Source: Eledone cirrhosa (taxonomy: Eukaryota). Taken from it: a stretch of 64,000 nt of DNA. Position numbers and translations under genes: made by a program. Location: contig OZ024741.1 in NCBI GenBank assembly GCA_964016885.1, forward strand, positions 98,766,001 through 98,830,000, in the 5' to 3' direction. Numbering within the stretch: the first letter of the stretch is position 1; each line of letters starts with the position of its first letter. The notes beneath the pieces were generated by a model. It did not search any database. It was not told the DNA's origin and saw nothing but the letters and a program-made list of their open reading frames with translations. Shown piece by piece: positions 59,063-64,000 of this stretch.

Positions 59063-59949
59063 TATATATATATATATATATGTATACCTTGATTTATTTT
59101 CATCTTCCTATACGCCACGTTATATTATGTTTTATCCTAGATTTTGTGTAATTCCATATAATATATTCAATTGAACACTTTAGTAAACTTTCCGGAAAAA
59201 TATATTTTTGATGTATTTGCAAAAATACATGATTACAATTATATATTTACTGTTACCAGCCAGTCATTGAAATGTGGGCACCAGTACTGGTACACATTTT
59301 TAGTTTGGTACACATTTTATCGGTTACATCCCTTTATAGATGCAAATACAACTAGGTATTTACACATATATGCATATATACGTGTGTGGAAGGAGTGGAA
59401 CCTAGAGAAAGTTAGCGAGATAGAGAGTAAAGAATCATGGGGTGTGAGAAACATAACAGACTGGTACAATGGAGAACTGCAGGAGAATATAATAAAATAT
59501 AGAGGAAGAAATAAATAATGAAAGGAAAGGAAAGAAAGAAGGAAAGAAAGAAAGTAAGAAAGGAAGAAAGAAAGCAAGAAGGAAAGAAAGGAAGAAAGAA
59601 ATAATCAACGAAAAAAAAAATTATGAAAGAAAGAACGAAAGAATTAATGAATGAATGAAAGAAAGAATTAATGAAAGAAAGTAAGAATTAATGATAGAAA
59701 GAAAGAAAGAAAGAACCTAGCCAACCATCGGAAATACCGTCTATCCAACAGCCAGCCAGCCAATGAAATGATATTAACACATCAGGGTAAAAGGGGTCAT
59801 GTTGAAATAAACGAAAGGGGACATATATAGAATGGTGAGCTAGGAAAGACTATTGTATTTCTTCATCACTGGCGCCTCATCAACTGTAAATGCTGATGTC
59901 TCCGCCATCGTTTCCCCCAAACTGAAATCTTTATTAAAGAAATCTTACC

Positions 59950-61100
59950 TCCACAGCAGCCACTACCACCACCAGAACTATTGCCATTAACCACTTCACA
60001 CCGATGACCACCAGCCACAGGACAAACACCATTTTCAGGAGACATCCCACTCCATTACCGACATTACAGATGCCTCACATTCACCACCATATTCCTAATA
60101 CAGTGCACAAAATAATCAACACATACTGCACGCTATGAATTATATTAACAACAACACCGCCTAAACACAGCATCGATAACACCATCATCATCATCCACAA
60201 ACACCACTACCAATAAAATTACTACTACCACTACAGCCATTGACACCAATATCTCCACCATCGTCATCATCCCAGCCTCAGCGCAATCGCTTGATCTGCT
60301 AGGAACAGAAGCCAAAATCTCCACCAAATTTCTTCCTGCCGTCATAAAATGGAAAGACACTTTTAGTAACATAGGCCACTGCCTGATAAAAAAAAACAGG
60401 CTGGTCACGGCTGGAATGTCTTTGATCATTTACCATTGATCTACACCATCAGGGTTGATATGGGTCTAAACAATAACAACACCCAACATAGCGCTAACAC
60501 TACTACTAATATCACAAAACTACAACTATCACCATCAATGCCATCGCCGATACCACTACCACTACCACCAACACCTACCACTGCCACCATCACTACCATG
60601 ACCACCACCACCACCACTAAAATAATCATCAAGGGAAACGAATGGAGCCTCTACGCATTCACTAGAAATAGATGCAAAATCAGCCTTAAATCGCTGTTAT
60701 ATAAGAAATGGACATATTCAATAGTTTCTACATACCCCAAAATACGGGATAATCATGACAGGAATGCGTTTGATAATAGGTTTGCTCAGTGAAGGTTCAC
60801 CACGGGTTAAACAACATTAACGACCTCAACGACACTTGCCACGACTATTACTACTATGATTAACATTAAACCGTCGCTTCCACCATTAACAATAACACCA
60901 ATAACAAAATATTAAACAACAAAAACAGCCACTAATATCGCCATGAATAACACCTCAACCAACAACACCAGGATTAAACTCACTACAACACTAATAGGAT
61001 TACCACCACCACTGCCACCACCAGCAACGAAAACAACAACAGCAACAACAACAAAGTCAACATCAACAAGAACGAATATCCCTATTACCTCCGCAAACAT
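59950..61100. repeat. Degenerate (ACC/AAC/ACT)n low-complexity region
   Basis: Thr-rich pseudo-ORFs. Similar tracts at ~7760-8050 and ~10150-10930. Confidence 0.7.
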
Positions 61101-61460
61101 ACGTGACAATGAAAGCCAGTCTAGAATGTCCGGTGTAATTGTGGAGAGATTTTATGACCGGTAGCAATCATTGTCCAGGATGCACTAGCTTGTTATGGAT
61201 GTAGTTGCAGCGAAAAATGAACAATTATTGAGCTGCAACTGATGTGCACATATATAAACATTGTAAAGTCATTATCATTTCTCGATTTCTTCTTAACTGT
61301 AAATATATTCTTGTGTTGCACTGTCTAGAAAGATGAAGCGTTTAAAAGAAATTACAACAAACACACTGCATGTATGCATGTCTGATCGGCGCCTAGGTCT
61401 AACGGCCATTGATGAAATACAGAGAGACAGACAGACAAATAAAAAGATAGACAGACACAA

Positions 61461-61497
<37 letters not shown>

Positions 61498-61679
61498 CAC
61501 ATACACATATACACACACAGTATAGCCGAATATCAGGATGCATCACTTTTATTTGTTAACTAAAGTCCTATTTAGAATCCTAAATAGATTTGATCAGTAG
61601 ATATTTAATATATCAGTTCTCTGGTCATATTTTCACCTTTATTTATTGTGTTATTTAGAAATATTTTACATGTGGAACA

Positions 61680-61975
61680 TTTATTGCTGACCTAAGAAAT
61701 GAGATATAAAGACAAATGCATGCACAGGTGCACATACACATATTTTAAGTTCGTAGAGTAGCAACACACACAAATTCACAGCCATATGCAAACCAGAAAC
61801 ACGCGTCAGAATAACAAAATGGAGTAAAGTAAAACAATAAGGAGTCCCAGAGTAGCAAAAATAATCATTCAGTAGGTCACAGAATGTGTGACGAATGAAT
61901 GACGAAAGAGCCTTGACAATTAACATGAGAATTAAGAATTAAACAACCATCCGGTTGCGAACTAAAGTGTTTTTA
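61680..61975 (+). mobile_element. Diverged family B-related copy
   Basis: GGTCACAGAATGTGTGACGAA…GACGAAAGAGCCTTGACAAT…CAACCATCCGGTTGCGAAC. Confidence 0.55.
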
Positions 61976-61990
61976 TTAGCAGTATATATA

Positions 61991-62635
61991 CTAGCCGAAT
62001 TACCCACGCCTTTTTTTTTTGTAAGAAAATGATGCTTGATTTTAAATCAGTGATATAATTAATGGAGAAAACTCTGCATTTTAATATTACTCAATGTAAA
62101 ACGTAATGTATGAAAAATTGGAAAAGATTATTTTTTGTAATATATCAAATCAAAATTTCATTATTAAATCTTACTCTTATTTTGTTTCTTGTAAATAATT
62201 TTTTTCAAAATATCAATTCAAAACTTTTCTGAATAGGCATCATATCTTGTCATTTACCTATTATTTAAATTTCATATAAATCGAAGGGGAAAATTTTCAA
62301 CAGGGGTTTGTGCCTCCGGAGAACCTTAATAGGGGGTTTAACCCCCATTAGGGTGTCTTAGTATTATTCAAATTTGCTGAAATGCTGTGAATAGGCATCA
62401 TATCTTGTCATTTACTTATGGTTTAAATTTCATATAAATCGAAGGGAAAAGATTTTCAGCAGGGGTTTTGTGGCTCCAGGGAACCCTTTGATTAAAATAA
62501 AATATACTTATCCAGGTATCCTGGGCAATGTAGTTTCAGGATATATATGGTTATGGGGGTCTATCTCCAAAACCATAGGAGTAGTTCGTGAACAAACAAA
62601 CAGACAGGAATACAACTTTTTATATATATATATAT
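61991..62635 (-). mobile_element. Non-autonomous Helitron (different family)
   Basis: A|CTAGCCGAATTACCC is a reversed 3' CTAG end with a damaged hairpin. The other end reads (TA)nAAAAAGTTGTATTCCTGTCTGTTTGTT on the minus strand, like the 5' ends at 677 and 849. Internal duplication ~62229-62330 / 62388-62490. Confidence 0.65.
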
Positions 62636-62896
62636 TCGGTGCACACGGATCAGCGAGACTGCAGTCGGGACTTTGAAGAAAAAATAGGTATATTTTTGTA
62701 TATTATTTCCTCATATTTTGTAATTTTATATATATATATATATATCAAAATTACAAAATATGAGGAAATAATAGGAAAAAAAATACCTATATTTTCTTCT
62801 ATATATATATATATATCAAATTACAAAATATGAGGAAAATATACCTATTTTTTCTTCAAAGTCCCGACCGCAGTTTACCGATCCGTGTGCACCGAC
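62636..62896. mobile_element. Nested fold-back fragments with HHR 3'-half remnant
   Basis: 62636-62697 is inverted at ~62836-62894. GAGACTGCAGTCGGGA resembles GAA-ACTGCAGT-C-GGGA. Confidence 0.6.
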
Positions 62897-63524
62897 TTTT
62901 GCACTTTAAAAGTGCATCATCGCATTGTGAGGTTGATACGGCTTATCAAGAGACCCTCTTTCTTAGAGCTATTTTATTGTAAGAGACTATTTTGAGTATC
63001 TAAATCAATAAATACCTTTGATGTATTCGGCTCCGTTAATTTGTTGAGCTATTTCAAATGTCGAATAAACCTGGCTGCTATTTTTAGTGGTGTAAGTTTG
63101 CGAGACACGCTAAGATACCATGTGCGTTATTATATATAGTACACTATTCAGTGTCTTAATATACTTAGAAGTGTCTAGGATACTAATTCTTCACCCACTG
63201 ATGAGCAAGAATTGGCATTCCTATTCACAATTAATATTGCTAAACAGCACCAAGAGTTGTCTGGGTGATTGGTAGTTACCACAATTCTGGTTTGTATTTA
63301 TTTTCTTGATTTTTTCTTAAATTGAGACAGGCAAACCATATTGTCTATATTTAGTATTCTTTTGACCTTAGCGAATCTGGTCCCTTGCGATTTGAACACA
63401 TATATGTATATATCAGTGTTTATCTTTCTTTTATATTCAATTATAATATACGGCTCGGAAAAATCTCTTTCTTAGAGGTATTTTATTGTAAGAGACTATT
63501 TTGAGTTTCTAACTCAATATATAC

Positions 63525-63594
<70 letters not shown>

Positions 63595-63621
63595 CACACA
63601 TATACATATATACATACACAC

Positions 63622-63726
<105 letters not shown>

Positions 63727-63831
63727 AAATATTTCCGAAGAAATAACAAAGGGAAAAAGAGTGTTCTATGTATAATATGGAAAGAAAGTGAAATTACACT
63801 TTCTTTCTATATTTTCATATATTTATAACTT

Positions 63832-63899
63832 TTTCATCTGATGAACGAACCAGACGGATGTTAATAATGTCTAGGGTCCTGAAACCTTTGGTAATGGAG
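63832..63899 (+). ncRNA. Type I hammerhead
   Basis: TTTCAT-CTGATGA-irregular long stem II (AGAC/GTCT)-GAA-ACC ttt GGT-A-ATGGAG, next to (TA)n. Confidence 0.75.
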
Positions 63900-64000
63900 T
63901 AGTTATATATTGTGCTGTTCACTTTCTAATTAAATATATATACATATATATATATTTCACTATTTTATATTGGATAAGTAATGAGTTTCATTACTCTGAA

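Noticed and set aside
60436-61164. Thr/Pro-rich mucin-like ORFs (also 7737-8003)
   Set aside because: Degenerate trinucleotide repeats with stops and no supported exon structure.
63197-63230. CTGATGA as a hammerhead (also ~6213 and ~30313)
   Set aside because: No correctly placed stem II/GAAA or closing stems.

Overview
Gene-poor, AT-rich eukaryotic DNA made almost entirely of microsatellites and transposon debris. The SINE family and repeat style suggest an octopus/cephalopod genome (inference, no search run). No host protein-coding gene is supported, and nearly all listed ORFs are (TA)n/(CA)n artefacts. The dominant signal is a dense set of Penelope-like element (PLE) fragments from about 10 or more unrelated families inserted into (TA)n tracts, mostly as fold-back (inverted) structures. 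They carry decayed RT and/or GIY-YIG endonuclease ORFs and more than 20 type I hammerhead ribozyme (HHR) motifs folded by eye. Several HHRs have family-fixed non-canonical cores (U4A, U4C, U3-A8, unpaired 10.1-11.1, a long stem II insert). A shared degenerate palindrome, GTWGAGYRCTY, lies about 55-125 nt downstream of the HHR in otherwise unrelated families. Also present: tandem Helitrons, many tRNA-type Nin/Deu-domain SINEs (three with clear TSDs), three RTE-clade LINE fragments (one 5'-inverted, one split by a Tigger-like MITE), and kb-long (TA)n arrays whose interruptions switch strand polarity. Family letters A-J are my own labels. Boundaries are estimated by eye.
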